Of a DNA stretch of 64,000 nucleotides, positions 19,439 through 29,106 are shown piece by piece (the stretch's first letter is position 1; the number at the start of each line of letters is the position of its first letter). The position numbers and the translations under genes were made by a program. Location of the stretch: positions 186,001 to 250,000 of IMG/VR virus record IMGVR_UViG_3300048438_000153, one strand, 5' to 3'. The notes below the pieces were generated by a model. That model saw nothing but the letters and a program-made list of their open reading frames with translations. It had not been told where the DNA came from and did not search any database.

Positions 19439-20293
19439 TTAGCGACTAAACCTGTTGTATCGCCTTTGCTTTCTAACCCTTGCGCGTTGCCTACTCTGCT
19501 GAGTACGAGGCTTCCTAAGAGTTCTCCTCATCTTCTTGGTGCGGTTTTTAAGACCACTTCCCTTAAGAGCTTTTCTTAAGCCCTTACCAATAGCTCGGCG
19601 CACAGACGACTTGAGAGGACCTCTCCTCTTTCCTGACATGATCTCGTCAGCCAAGACCATAAGATCCTCTGCGAGTAGCTCTGCTTCTTTATCTGAAGCA
19701 GTGCGGTCAGTGCTCAAATCTGAAAAAAAAAAGTCCTCTGAAGCAACGCGATCAAGACCGATATCATCAATGATCTCATCATCGTAGAAAGAAGCCCTAC
19801 GATTTTTCATCGCTTGATAAAAATAATGATTATGACTCTTAGGTTGCTTCTCCTCAAGATCCATCAATTCCATCTCCTCTTCGCGAGTGAGCATGCCCTT
19901 TGATTTCTGACGGTTAAGATGCATAAGCCTGTGGGCAATGTTACCCTTAATTCTCGGGTCGCGCCTCTCAGCGGGAGTTTGGTATCCGAATCCAGCAACG
20001 CGATCAAGACCGATATCATCAATGATCTCATCATCGTAGAAAGAAGCTTTCTTACCAAGCTGACCAAGAGCTGAGATGTCTTCTTTGTCGTTACCCATGT
20101 TTTTCTTAATACGGTCTTGACTCATCTCGCCCGTTGAAGGATCGAAAGCACCCTCGTACTTATCCCAATCTTCTGCGGCTTCAGGGTTTTTCTTCTTAAA
20201 GTTCTTCTTCCACTCTTCGTAAGCTTTAGTGTCACCTTTAGGGATGCGAGCTTCTTTCTGAAACTCACTAGCGATGCGATCAAAAATATCCAT
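19439..20293 (-). CDS. Putative internal head protein with Arg-rich C-terminus
   Basis: 284 aa. Many [KR]xAS motifs, protamine-like tail, late motif at 20340-20355. Confidence 0.6.
   Translation of the reverse strand: MDIFDRIASEFQKEARIPKGDTKAYEEWKKNFKKKNPEAAEDWDKYEGAFDPSTGEMSQDRIKKNMGNDKEDISALGQLGKKASFYDDEIIDDIGLDRVAGFGYQTPAERRDPRIKGNIAHRLMHLNRQKSKGMLTREEEMELMDLEEKQPKSHNHYFYQAMKNRRASFYDDEIIDDIGLDRVASEDFFFSDLSTDRTASDKEAELLAEDLMVLADEIMSGKRRGPLKSSVRRAIGKGLRKALKGSGLKNRTKKMRRTLRKPRTQQSRQRARVRKQRRYNRFSR
19742..20047. repeat. Exact 54 bp direct repeat (19742-19795 and 19994-20047)
   Basis: Both copies encode ASFYDDEIIDDIGLDRVA. Confidence 0.95.
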
Positions 20294-20352
20294 GTACTCT
20301 CTCCATAGACGTAGGGGGTTCTGACTAGTTAATGATAAGAATAGAAAGACTA

Positions 20353-20865
20353 TTAAGCCTCATCTTCATCCTCGAAGTCGATTTCTATTTTTTCGGGCTT
20401 ATCTGTCTTCTTAATGGGGTCTATCCAATCCTGAACTACGCCTTTTAACTGCACCTGATCTTCCGTCTTTGTCTTAATGACGGACTGCCCACTAAAGACA
20501 GAGAGCTTCTCAATCACGGCTGACTGAAGCTCGAATATCTGCTCTCTGAGGAGTTGCATCTGTATCTGAGCATCTCTTAACCGAGCGATCAGCGCAGCTC
20601 TGTCTCCGTTTGCTGAGGCGAGCTTATCTTTCAGCTCTTCGACCTCACTAGGATCGCGCCCCGAAGCTATCGCGAGCATACTAGAAATAGAGCCTGTCAG
20701 CATCCCGATGATGCCGATAAGAATATCTCTATTCTTCTCCACTATTTCGTGGGTAGATAGAAAGTAGATAAGAACGCAGATCAGGAACATGAAGACTACG
20801 CTCGCCCACCACCCTCTCTTCGCTTTCTCACTCTGAGTGAACTGTTTATGTGAACCTTCTGACAT
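20353..20865 (-). CDS. Two-TM membrane protein with C-terminal coiled coil
   Basis: Hydrophobic segments WWASVVFMFLICVLIYFL and ILIGIIGMLTGSISSMLAIA, then heptad-rich EVEELKDKL...LREQIFELQ. Confidence 0.75.
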   Translation of the reverse strand: MSEGSHKQFTQSEKAKRGWWASVVFMFLICVLIYFLSTHEIVEKNRDILIGIIGMLTGSISSMLAIASGRDPSEVEELKDKLASANGDRAALIARLRDAQIQMQLLREQIFELQSAVIEKLSVFSGQSVIKTKTEDQVQLKGVVQDWIDPIKKTDKPEKIEIDFEDEDEA

Positions 20866-20869
20866 GATT

Positions 20870-21724
20870 CTACCCCTTAATTATCTTGATCAGATCTTGC
20901 CACACATAGACAAGGAAAGCATAAGTCTCGTCTACAACAGGCATATAGAGGGGGAGCCCTAGAAACATATTTCTAGCCATAGGGCGCACTATAATCTGAA
21001 AGAGTATGTAAATCCAAAATACTGAAGCGATGAATGCTACTCTCCAAAAGACCCAAGCCACCCATTCTTTCAGCTTTCTGTCCCTAGCCCTCGACCTGAT
21101 GTACTTCGGACCTCCGAGCCTCTTTACTTTCTCGGAACTCTTAGGAGGCTGAAGAGACTCAATAGACTCCCCCACTGCAAATATTTTCTGAGGCTTCTTC
21201 ACGCCCTTAAATCGGTAAAGACCGACACAGACGTACCTAGTACCTTTAGGAGTGTGTATATTTACTCTCCCTCTCGTCTTTCCCATAGCCTCTTCAGTCA
21301 AAAGCACTTGGCCTTCCGCGCACACACTCATCGTCCTCGCGGCGATATTCTTAGCTAGACCCTCTAGCTCAATCCTCTTAGCACCCGCCCCTACAAAGAC
21401 ATCATCCTGTTGAACCTCGATGACGCGCCCCCAATGGATTCCGATCCTCGTCTGTAGACGAGTCTTAGGAGGCACTTTCTTTTGGTAATGAAGGGCGAAG
21501 TTGACCGCATCTATAATGGTGTCGAAAGAAAGGAGAAACCCGTCAGACCTGTCAATCTCGCGACCGTTGAACTTGTAGCACAAGCTCCTCGCGAGTCGGT
21601 CATGGAACTGAAACCACTGAGCCGCTTTCTGTGCGCCGTATTTCTGAACAAACGCAGTTGAACCAATGATGTCCAAGAGGACTATGGCTAAGTACCTCTC
21701 TTTCATCGTCAATTCGTAGTTCAA
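20870..21724 (-). CDS. Class III nucleotidyl (adenylate/guanylate-type) cyclase with C-terminal membrane anchor
   Basis: LLDIIGST and SDGF metal Asp residues, RIGIHWG, NIAART (N/R), GQVLLT, FKG, then a hydrophobic C-terminal helix. Confidence 0.88.
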   Translation of the reverse strand: MNYELTMKERYLAIVLLDIIGSTAFVQKYGAQKAAQWFQFHDRLARSLCYKFNGREIDRSDGFLLSFDTIIDAVNFALHYQKKVPPKTRLQTRIGIHWGRVIEVQQDDVFVGAGAKRIELEGLAKNIAARTMSVCAEGQVLLTEEAMGKTRGRVNIHTPKGTRYVCVGLYRFKGVKKPQKIFAVGESIESLQPPKSSEKVKRLGGPKYIRSRARDRKLKEWVAWVFWRVAFIASVFWIYILFQIIVRPMARNMFLGLPLYMPVVDETYAFLVYVWQDLIKIIKG

Positions 21725-21960
21725 GGGATCTCTCCCCTGATGTATCTAAGTACAGCGTCGCACTCTGAGTTTAAGATAAGCTCAGCCGATTCTCTACTAC
21801 AAGAGCCCAAAGGAACTCGCGCGCCGAGACAGAAAGTTATCTTGTCTACGACTTGCTCACAAAGCGGTTTAACTTCTTTCGGAGTTAAGTCTGCCTCTTC
21901 CGCACACGCAGAAAGAGTGATCACAGAGGCGACTGCGGTCAGTATCATCTTTTTCATCAT
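21721..21960 (-). CDS. Small Cys-rich lipoprotein
   Basis: AGGAGG RBS, signal peptide MMKKMILTAVASVITLSA-C with lipobox, four further Cys, ATGA overlap with the cyclase start. Confidence 0.75.
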   Translation of the reverse strand: MMKKMILTAVASVITLSACAEEADLTPKEVKPLCEQVVDKITFCLGARVPLGSCSRESAELILNSECDAVLRYIRGEIP

Positions 21961-22072
21961 CGCCCTCCTGAGCGCCATCAAGAGTGTCCTCACAGTAGAA
22001 GCATACGTCCAGAGAGGGATCGACACATCTACAGTTAGGGTACTGAGGCTTTGTATTTACGGTATCGGACAC
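21869..22072 (-). CDS. Possible small Cys-rich acidic peptide
   Basis: GTG start just after the upstream stop; CRC...CFYC. Overlaps the lipoprotein gene by about 90 nt. Confidence 0.3.
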   Translation of the reverse strand: MSDTVNTKPQYPNCRCVDPSLDVCFYCEDTLDGAQEGDDEKDDTDRSRLCDHSFCVCGRGRLNSERS

Positions 22073-22077
22073 GGTAA

Positions 22078-22620
22078 TTAGACCTTAAGAGGATCGCCAT
22101 TAGGGTCAAAAAGACGCTCAATCTCAAACTCTCCGCCCTCACCTACTTTCACAGACCAAAGGTCTTTTGTAGACTTGTGTACGAGCTCGCCTGTAGCATT
22201 CGCATTTGAAGCGCCAAAGGCGGTTAAGAGAGACGGACCTGAGAGGATGATGAAGTCATCTAGACTAGCCACCCTCATCGAAGCTACTCTGAGAAAGTTG
22301 ACGCTCACACGGTCAATCTTATCCCCCCTACCATCCCACTGAACGAACACCTCTCCGTCCATAGACGTGACCTCACCCGAAGCAGTGCGAACCTTAACAA
22401 CAGATCCCTTTCTACCCGCCATAGGAAGCCTATTTGGGATTAAGAGTCCATTGTTGGTAGTAGAGACTACTCTAACGCCCTCAGTGAACTTAGCGAGCCT
22501 CTTAGACGTGACTGTTCGGTTAACGTCAACTAAGTCTGAGACTTTGGTGTTAATCACCTCGTCCATGCTTGCGGTCTTTTGAGCACTCGCAAACATATCA
22601 TTGAGCCATGAATCACTCAT
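22078..22620 (-). CDS. Putative virion protein (SH3-like beta domains)
   Basis: 180 aa with KTAS/RTAS/RVAS motifs. Late motif and RBS hairpin at 22619-22676. Confidence 0.6.
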   Translation of the reverse strand: MSDSWLNDMFASAQKTASMDEVINTKVSDLVDVNRTVTSKRLAKFTEGVRVVSTTNNGLLIPNRLPMAGRKGSVVKVRTASGEVTSMDGEVFVQWDGRGDKIDRVSVNFLRVASMRVASLDDFIILSGPSLLTAFGASNANATGELVHKSTKDLWSVKVGEGGEFEIERLFDPNGDPLKV

Positions 22621-22672
22621 AATACCCCTCTTTCTTTTCTGTGTACCTAAGAAAGAAGGATTATAAACAATT

Positions 22673-22720
22673 AAGCGAACCTAGAAAGGTTCTTGAGTTA
22701 GAAGCTAACTAGATTCGCTT
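22673..22720 (-). terminator. Long hairpin downstream of ssb (terminator or processing site)
   Basis: AAGCGAATCTAG...CTAGGTTCGCTT, 12 bp stem with one G-U pair, followed by AATTGTTT. Confidence 0.45.
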
Positions 22721-22758
22721 GGGTGCTGATCAAATCAGCCTAGAAGACACTCAGAGTA

Positions 22759-23463
22759 TCAGCCGAGAACATCGTCAAGAACGTCATCTACGTCGAGGCT
22801 TGAGGACATACCGCCACCGCTCACTGTAGGAGAACCAACCTCACCCGAGAGCTTCTCGCGAATCTGATCAATCGTCAAGTCTTGAGCGATGTCGTTCTGA
22901 AGGTTGTCGTGGATACTCTTAGCAGTAGAAACCACAGTGTTGAAGAAATCGACCTTCTTCTCCTTCAGAGTTGAGAGCAGCGAGTCACGGCAAGGTGAGA
23001 ACGTCATCTTGTGATACTGAGGGTCAGTCACCACGATGTTAAGGTCATGCTTCGTGAGTGGGAACTCCGCGTGAATCGCCTCAAGTTGACGATACTTGTC
23101 GAGGCTGAAAACCCAAGTCTGAACCTGAAACTCACCACCTGAAAGGCGACCTTTATCAAGCACACCATTCGCGTCTACAGGCCAAAAGACGAGCGTAGTT
23201 GCAATAGCAGTCTTAGAAGGTCCACCCGCGATCTTCTGATACTCAGGTCCATGATCCAAATAATATCCGACACCCTTAGCGTAGAGACGACGACCACCCT
23301 TGAAGACGGGTGCGTCTGCGTCAAGATTAGGATTGCCATTCTCAAGACCAGGGAGAGCGATGAAAGAAACACGGTACTTGCCCTTTTGGGGCTTCCAACG
23401 CGCCTTACCTGCAGAAAGAATAGGGCTGTTGCCACCGAGAGAGAAATCTGAAAAACCACCCAT
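22759..23463 (-). CDS. Putative single-stranded DNA-binding protein (gp32-like)
   Basis: 234 aa with an OB-like aromatic/beta pattern (KYRVSFI...HDLNIVVTD...MTFSPC) and acidic tail LDVDDVLDDVLG, in the replication cluster. Confidence 0.6.
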   Translation of the reverse strand: MGGFSDFSLGGNSPILSAGKARWKPQKGKYRVSFIALPGLENGNPNLDADAPVFKGGRRLYAKGVGYYLDHGPEYQKIAGGPSKTAIATTLVFWPVDANGVLDKGRLSGGEFQVQTWVFSLDKYRQLEAIHAEFPLTKHDLNIVVTDPQYHKMTFSPCRDSLLSTLKEKKVDFFNTVVSTAKSIHDNLQNDIAQDLTIDQIREKLSGEVGSPTVSGGGMSSSLDVDDVLDDVLG

Positions 23464-23555
23464 GTGGAATCTCCTGTTGTGTTGAGCCGAAATCGGCTTG
23501 TTTAAGTAAGAGCTGTGGAGGTCATCCGAAGTGATGTCCCGTTGCTCGAAAGGTA

Positions 23556-23565
23556 TATATCAGAA
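23556..23565 (-). promoter_or_regulatory. Early/middle promoter-like motif TTCTGATATA (also at 26845-26854 minus, 33394-33403 minus, 63065-63074 plus)
   Basis: Same TCTGATAT core upstream of ssb, recD2, holB and recA; resembles an extended -10 (TGnTATA). Confidence 0.55.
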
Positions 23566-23591
23566 AGGATTAGGGGGTAGGCAAAAAAAGA

Positions 23592-24341
23592 TCAAAAATC
23601 TTCGAGGAGCGCGTCGAGGTCGAAATCCTCGACCTTTTGAGGGTCATAGGACTCCAAAGGACTCTTAAAAAAGTTTTCCACATCCTCAGACGCGGTTTCT
23701 TTCTCAGGGAGCTTCTCTTCGCCAACCGCCTCAGAAAGTAAGTCATCGACGTACTGATCAGTCTCAGAAAAAACGCTTGAGTCAGCTCGGATGAGAACAT
23801 CAGCGCCCTCAGAAGACTCCACAGAAAGAACCTCGCCCGCGATGTGTCTATCGACCTTCATACCCCACCGCTGACCGAGCGACACTTGCTCTTGACAGAG
23901 CTTGAGCTGATCCCTAATACGCCCTTGCAAATCCTTAAGGTCAGTGCGCTTAGCTTTGATCACTTTCAGCACATCCTCTAAGTCATGTACCGCGAGCTTG
24001 CCGTTGTTAATATTAGATTGAATATGGACGAGCTGAGTTGATGCGAGAGCTTCTCTTTCTTGCTGACTCCGACCCGATCTAACATGAGGGTCAGTAGCCA
24101 TGAGCTGAGTTTGCTCCAAGTTGTACTGAGTCTCAGAAACCAACAGGTCGCGCTTGTACTTGTGGAGATTCTGAGACACCTCCATGAAAGTCTTCTCGGT
24201 CTGTGAAAGAAAGGCTCTGATTTGAGCAATCTTATTATTCAGCCGAGAAGGTCCGAACTCGATAGGATCAGAGTCAAGAGAAACGTCCATTGTCGAGAGG
24301 CGCGTATAGATGCTCTCAATGTACTTTAAATCTACGCTCAT
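23592..24341 (-). CDS. Coiled-coil protein with acidic tail (possible recombination mediator)
   Basis: Long heptad region, acidic C-terminus, located between recD2 and ssb. Confidence 0.5.
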   Translation of the reverse strand: MSVDLKYIESIYTRLSTMDVSLDSDPIEFGPSRLNNKIAQIRAFLSQTEKTFMEVSQNLHKYKRDLLVSETQYNLEQTQLMATDPHVRSGRSQQEREALASTQLVHIQSNINNGKLAVHDLEDVLKVIKAKRTDLKDLQGRIRDQLKLCQEQVSLGQRWGMKVDRHIAGEVLSVESSEGADVLIRADSSVFSETDQYVDDLLSEAVGEEKLPEKETASEDVENFFKSPLESYDPQKVEDFDLDALLEDF

Positions 24342-24688
24342 TTCTCACCTAACTTCGTGATAAGGTGGGTGTAGTTACCCTTGATCTTCTTATTTACCGA
24401 TTCCATTTGGCTCTGTGTGATCAGACCACCCGCGGCGGCTTGCTCATGGGCGAGAATGTTCACTTCTTTCCCTAGAATGTGGGATGCAATCTTAGCATCC
24501 TCAAGAGAGAGCATCTCACCACCATCTGTATCATCGGGGCTTCCATAATTTACAGTCATTGACAGGAATACATCACCGCCACTGCGAGGGGCTTTGACAA
24601 TACGAGAAACCATAATCTGAGAGACTTTTGTACCCTTTTTGATAATGGTGATTTTCTCTTTCAACTCTTTCAGCTTGTCCTCTGTCAT
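24338..24688 (-). CDS. Hypothetical protein (116 aa)
   Basis: GGAG RBS, ATGA overlap with the next gene. Confidence 0.65.
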   Translation of the reverse strand: MTEDKLKELKEKITIIKKGTKVSQIMVSRIVKAPRSGGDVFLSMTVNYGSPDDTDGGEMLSLEDAKIASHILGKEVNILAHEQAAAGGLITQSQMESVNKKIKGNYTHLITKLGEK

Positions 24689-24715
24689 ATCTTTCTCCGT
24701 ATGAGAGGGTTAATC

Positions 24716-26803
24716 TTACCCTTCCTCATATCGGAATCTAGAGTGCAGTCCACACATTAGGTTATCTGAAGAGACATTTGATACGCAGACAGCCACCACT
24801 TCTCTTTCCCCAACTAAGAATACTTTCTCCTTCGCTCTCGTCACACCTGTGTAGAGTAAGCTCCTCTGCAAGAGATTACTGTTATGGTCGAGTGACATCG
24901 GCATCAAGATAGTCTGATACTCCTGACCCTGAGCCTTGTGGACAGTTGTCGCATAAGCGAGTCTTAGGAGACTCCCAACTCTTTCTACAGGGATAGAAAC
25001 AAGCTGACTCTTACTGCCCTTGATAATGATCTCTACATCTGACCCTGAGATATGGTGAACAGTGCCGACGTCACCATTAAACACCTCTAGCTCATAGTCA
25101 TTCTTAGTGAACATCACACGATCACCTATGCGTACTTCGTCATTCCCTACCCTAACTGAGCGATGACCGAGCGCGTTCGGGTTAAGCACCGCCCTCAGCT
25201 CTCGGTTAAGGTTCGTGACGCCTAGCACACCGTGATGTGTAGGACTCATTACATGGAAATCAATACCGTCGAGCTGAAGCTCTCGGCACTTCTCTAAGAT
25301 AAAGTCGAGAGTGTCGAACTTGGTGTAGCGATCAACCATCTGATACTCACCCTCTTCCGTCGGTATTTCTCCCGCGTGAATCTTATGAGCCGCTTTTACG
25401 ACACCGCTACCCTCACCCTGCCTAAAGATCGTGGCGAGGTGAATTCTAGGGAGCACATTCGCCTCAATAATCTCTTGTAAGACAAAGCCCGCCCCTACAG
25501 GTGGAAGCTGTGCTATATCCCCCACCATAATGACCCGACAAGAGCGCGAAATACCTCTTAAGAGTCGCCACATGAGATGGAGGTCAACCATAGAAGCTTC
25601 GTCTATGATTACCACGCTCTCACTACGAGGGTTGTGAGGGTTGAACTTCCAATGCTCTTTGTGGCGGTCTGAATCGGCTTTCGCACTCAAGTCTGAAGAC
25701 TCCTCATCTCGCTTGACACCCTCGTAGTCAGCCTTCTTTTTCTTATCGTCATCAGGCATACCTGCGCCGAAAGCTCTGTGGATAGTCTGAGCTTCTAACC
25801 CTGTTAGTGACGACACCCTCTTCGCGGCTATCCCTGTCGGTGCTACGAGGAGGATCTTCTCTTTCTTTTCTATGAGCGCCTTGCAGAGCGTATTAAGTAT
25901 TGTCGTCTTTCCTGTCCCTGGAAGACCCGTCACAATGCTCACAGGCTCTATCAGACCTTGTTTGACTGCTCTGATCTGCTCATCGGTCAACTCAAAGCGA
26001 GAATACTTCCTGATATCATCATCTGAGATCTCCTGATAAAGATCTTCAGATTGAGTTCTTCTCTCTTCGCTCTGTAGAGAAGAAGCAACATCGTTTTCCA
26101 TTCGGTACATCGAGGGTAGGTAGAGCGCGTTCTTTCCCTCGATCTTATCGACCACAAGGTCGCCGTCTTCTCTTAATGCTTTAACGACATTAGCGATCTC
26201 TCGCACATCGGATAAGCCTGTCAAGATAGATGCATCTCTGAACACCGTCCCTGAGTCAAGAAAGCAGTGACCCTGTTGAGAGGCTTGCTTCACCGACCAC
26301 AGAATAGAGGCGGATACGCGCTCTTTTCTAGAGGGATCGAAATCTCCTATGAGCCTTCGGGCGATGTTATCAGCGACCTTGAAAGAAAGACCTTTTTGGA
26401 CGAGCACCCAAGGGTTCTGAGCGATAATCTTAGGGTTCGCCGAGATTTCTTTCCATAAAGAGTTAAGGACGGCTACATTAGCCCCACTTTCCGCGAGCGT
26501 GGAAAGTATCTCGATACTCTCTTGGGCGTTAGGGTCAGACCAATCTTTCCATTGGGTCAGTGAGCTACCTTTAAGAAACTTAGGGTTGATAGGAGTCCTA
26601 TCTATTTCAATGGCGGGACGACCTTGCTTATCGAAGGTTTTCTTGCCCTTGAAAGTGAAGACAGTACCGCGCCCTACAGGGCCAGCTATCTTACCTTTGA
26701 CAACAGCAGAGGTAGTCTCACCCTCGTAAGAAACGAGACACCTCAAAACATAAAAGGGAGGGTTCGCAAACACCTGCCCTAAGACTTTTGCTACGCAGTA
26801 CAC
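24716..26803 (-). CDS. recD2: RecD2-like SF1B helicase
   Basis: GLSFKVADNIA HhH, GLPGTGKTT, APTGIAAKR, IIDEASM, GDIAQLPPVG, IFRQ, YATTVHKAQGQEY, LYTGVTRAK. Confidence 0.93.
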   Translation of the reverse strand: MYCVAKVLGQVFANPPFYVLRCLVSYEGETTSAVVKGKIAGPVGRGTVFTFKGKKTFDKQGRPAIEIDRTPINPKFLKGSSLTQWKDWSDPNAQESIEILSTLAESGANVAVLNSLWKEISANPKIIAQNPWVLVQKGLSFKVADNIARRLIGDFDPSRKERVSASILWSVKQASQQGHCFLDSGTVFRDASILTGLSDVREIANVVKALREDGDLVVDKIEGKNALYLPSMYRMENDVASSLQSEERRTQSEDLYQEISDDDIRKYSRFELTDEQIRAVKQGLIEPVSIVTGLPGTGKTTILNTLCKALIEKKEKILLVAPTGIAAKRVSSLTGLEAQTIHRAFGAGMPDDDKKKKADYEGVKRDEESSDLSAKADSDRHKEHWKFNPHNPRSESVVIIDEASMVDLHLMWRLLRGISRSCRVIMVGDIAQLPPVGAGFVLQEIIEANVLPRIHLATIFRQGEGSGVVKAAHKIHAGEIPTEEGEYQMVDRYTKFDTLDFILEKCRELQLDGIDFHVMSPTHHGVLGVTNLNRELRAVLNPNALGHRSVRVGNDEVRIGDRVMFTKNDYELEVFNGDVGTVHHISGSDVEIIIKGSKSQLVSIPVERVGSLLRLAYATTVHKAQGQEYQTILMPMSLDHNSNLLQRSLLYTGVTRAKEKVFLVGEREVVAVCVSNVSSDNLMCGLHSRFRYEEG

Positions 26804-26864
26804 AGTATACCTTTCTGTGAGAAGGGGGTTTTACCTGTGTTCTACATATCAGAATTTACCGAAA

Positions 26865-27983
26865 CTAGTTTCGATATTGAGCTTCCCATTTCTTTATGTC
26901 ATCTAACTCTTCTGGAGTCAGAGGTTCAGATAAGTTCAACTGATTGATTCCCTTTAAGACTTCCTTTTCTATTATAAGGGTACTAATAGTCATCAGTCTA
27001 GATCTCATACCCTGTAAGTATTTCCTACCGACCCTAACGATCTCTGCTCTAGTCTCTTCTCCTATTTCTGAAGGAAATAGCCCTTCAAACATGGAAGGGT
27101 CTGCGCTATCCAAGTAAGTCCCCACAATGTCTCGCGCGTAACTCTTAGCTTCAGCCTTAACTCTGTCTCTTAACCGACGCGCTTTAATAGAGCCTCTCAC
27201 GCTGAAGTCAACGTATTTCGCAGCCTCTTCAACCATCTCAGCAAGTTCACCATCATCCAAGACTGAAAAGGTTCTGCTTCTGATCTCCGCCTCAATATCT
27301 GAAGCTAGAGGATTGGCGCTAAAGAACTTCTTCACCCTAGCTCTTGGATGAAAACCTCTTCTTACGGGAGTCTCTGCGCTCGACCCTGAATCTTGAGCCT
27401 TTTGCCGAGATATTTCTCTCCGCCTCTCATCCCTAGACGTAACCCTCTTAGAAATGTCGGGCATCTTAGATGCTAAGTACTGAGGAAAGTATCTTCGAGC
27501 GACCATTGGAAGCACATTTTCTTTAAGAAAGGAAGATGCTCTAGAGTAAGCAGACTCGCCCCCATTCACAGCCTCTTCGAGTACTTCACTTGCATCGACG
27601 TATGGCGCAACAAGGCTTTTAAGTTTATCGTTTGTCGCTAGTTCTTTCATCTCATCGTAGTCGTAGAATGAGTCTAGAGCCCTAGAAATGTCCTGATTGG
27701 TAATCTGACTCAAAAGGCGAGTGACGAGGCTATTCTTTCTGCGAATCCTCCTCGCGTTACCTCCAATGAAAGCACCTTCACCCTCAGATCTGTACTGATC
27801 TACGAGGATCTTCTCAGACTTTCTCCATAGAGGTGTTTGAGTCACGAGATTATAGAGGATCGAAGCCATCTCCTCAGCGAGATTATCCTCAGAAAAACCA
27901 ATAGCATCGACTTTCGTGTAGTCGATATTAGAGGCGATATGGATACTCGCGACCCTACGCGCAAAAGCTCTTTTAGAAATCAT
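26865..27983 (-). CDS. Putative virion-packaged protein
   Basis: Leader MISKRAFARRVASIHIAS; AGGGAG RBS; late motif 28031-28046 and hairpin. Confidence 0.55.
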   Translation of the reverse strand: MISKRAFARRVASIHIASNIDYTKVDAIGFSEDNLAEEMASILYNLVTQTPLWRKSEKILVDQYRSEGEGAFIGGNARRIRRKNSLVTRLLSQITNQDISRALDSFYDYDEMKELATNDKLKSLVAPYVDASEVLEEAVNGGESAYSRASSFLKENVLPMVARRYFPQYLASKMPDISKRVTSRDERRREISRQKAQDSGSSAETPVRRGFHPRARVKKFFSANPLASDIEAEIRSRTFSVLDDGELAEMVEEAAKYVDFSVRGSIKARRLRDRVKAEAKSYARDIVGTYLDSADPSMFEGLFPSEIGEETRAEIVRVGRKYLQGMRSRLMTISTLIIEKEVLKGINQLNLSEPLTPEELDDIKKWEAQYRN

Positions 27984-28043
27984 TGTGATCACTCCCTAAG
28001 TGTTATTTCTTCAACTACCTGAGAGAGCGAGATAAAGACTCTA

Positions 28044-29021
28044 TTAAGAAACCCCTATGACCGACCAATCAAAGTCCCCAACCATCCCATTCGCCGAATA
28101 ATCTGTGACAGTACCCTCAAAGAAATTCTTCATGGAGTCTCCTGAGATGATCCAATCGAGCCAAGAAAGAGGGTTTTCTTTCTGCTTAAAGATCGGCTTC
28201 AAACCAAGCTGAAGCAGTCTACGATCTGCCAAGTACCTGACGTATGTCTTAATGTCCTGAGAGGTCAGCTCATTAATCGTGTCGTTTGATCCGTAGACGA
28301 GATCGACAAGCGCGTCCTCAAGCCCTACCGCTTTCGTGTAGTTCGTGTAGATGTAACTCTTGAGCTCATCTGTCACTACTTGAGGGTTCTCAGTGCAGTA
28401 TGTGTGAAAGAGCTTAGTCATACCCTCAACGTGTGTCGTCTCGTCACGGATAGACCATTCAACTACCTCACACATACCCTTCATCTTTCCGAATCTCTGA
28501 AAGTTGAGGAGCATCACGAAAGCAGAAAAGAGACTCATGCCCTCGTTACACACCGAGCGCGCCATCTCGAACGCCATGTGAGCTTCATCTGAAAGACCTT
28601 TTGGAGCTTCCATCATGAACTCGATCTTCTCTCTCATAGCATCAAACTCTAAGAAAGCTGAGTATTCTTTCTCTGCAAACCCGAGAGTGTCATTCAAGAG
28701 CGCATACGCCCTTTGATGAGTACCCTCGCGGTTGGCGAAAGAAAGAAGCATATTCCTCACTTCGTTATTCTTGAAGAAAGGAATAAAGACCTCACAGTAG
28801 TTACCACCAACTGCGACATCACTTTGAGTGAAGATTCTCAAAATCTGAGTAATGTGTTCTTTCTCAGACTTTGAGATTTCACTGCCCTTCCACTGAGAGA
28901 CATCCTCTTGGAGCTTGGCTTCCCAAGTACCCCAATGGATCTTCTCATGGTCTTCCGCAAAGGTCATCGCCCATGCGTACTGAAAGGGCTTATAAGTCTT
29001 ACTGAACTCTGTAAGAGACAT
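28044..29021 (-). CDS. nrdB: Class Ia ribonucleotide reductase beta subunit
   Basis: FTQSD, REGTHQRAY (radical Tyr), NEGMSLFSAF, RDETTH, NFFEGTVTDY. Confidence 0.96.
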   Translation of the reverse strand: MSLTEFSKTYKPFQYAWAMTFAEDHEKIHWGTWEAKLQEDVSQWKGSEISKSEKEHITQILRIFTQSDVAVGGNYCEVFIPFFKNNEVRNMLLSFANREGTHQRAYALLNDTLGFAEKEYSAFLEFDAMREKIEFMMEAPKGLSDEAHMAFEMARSVCNEGMSLFSAFVMLLNFQRFGKMKGMCEVVEWSIRDETTHVEGMTKLFHTYCTENPQVVTDELKSYIYTNYTKAVGLEDALVDLVYGSNDTINELTSQDIKTYVRYLADRRLLQLGLKPIFKQKENPLSWLDWIISGDSMKNFFEGTVTDYSANGMVGDFDWSVIGVS

Positions 29022-29106
29022 ATTTTATGTCCTCCTGTGTTGAAAGGGATAGCATAGTACCCTCTCGGAGAACATAAAAGAGCTAGTACCTGTTAAAGTA
29101 CCGATC

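Noticed and set aside
20353-21960. 2TM coiled-coil protein plus lipoprotein as a spanin pair
   Set aside because: Gene order is reversed, a cyclase lies between them, two TMs would place the coiled coil on the N-terminal side, and the endolysin is about 36 kb away. Not fully excluded.
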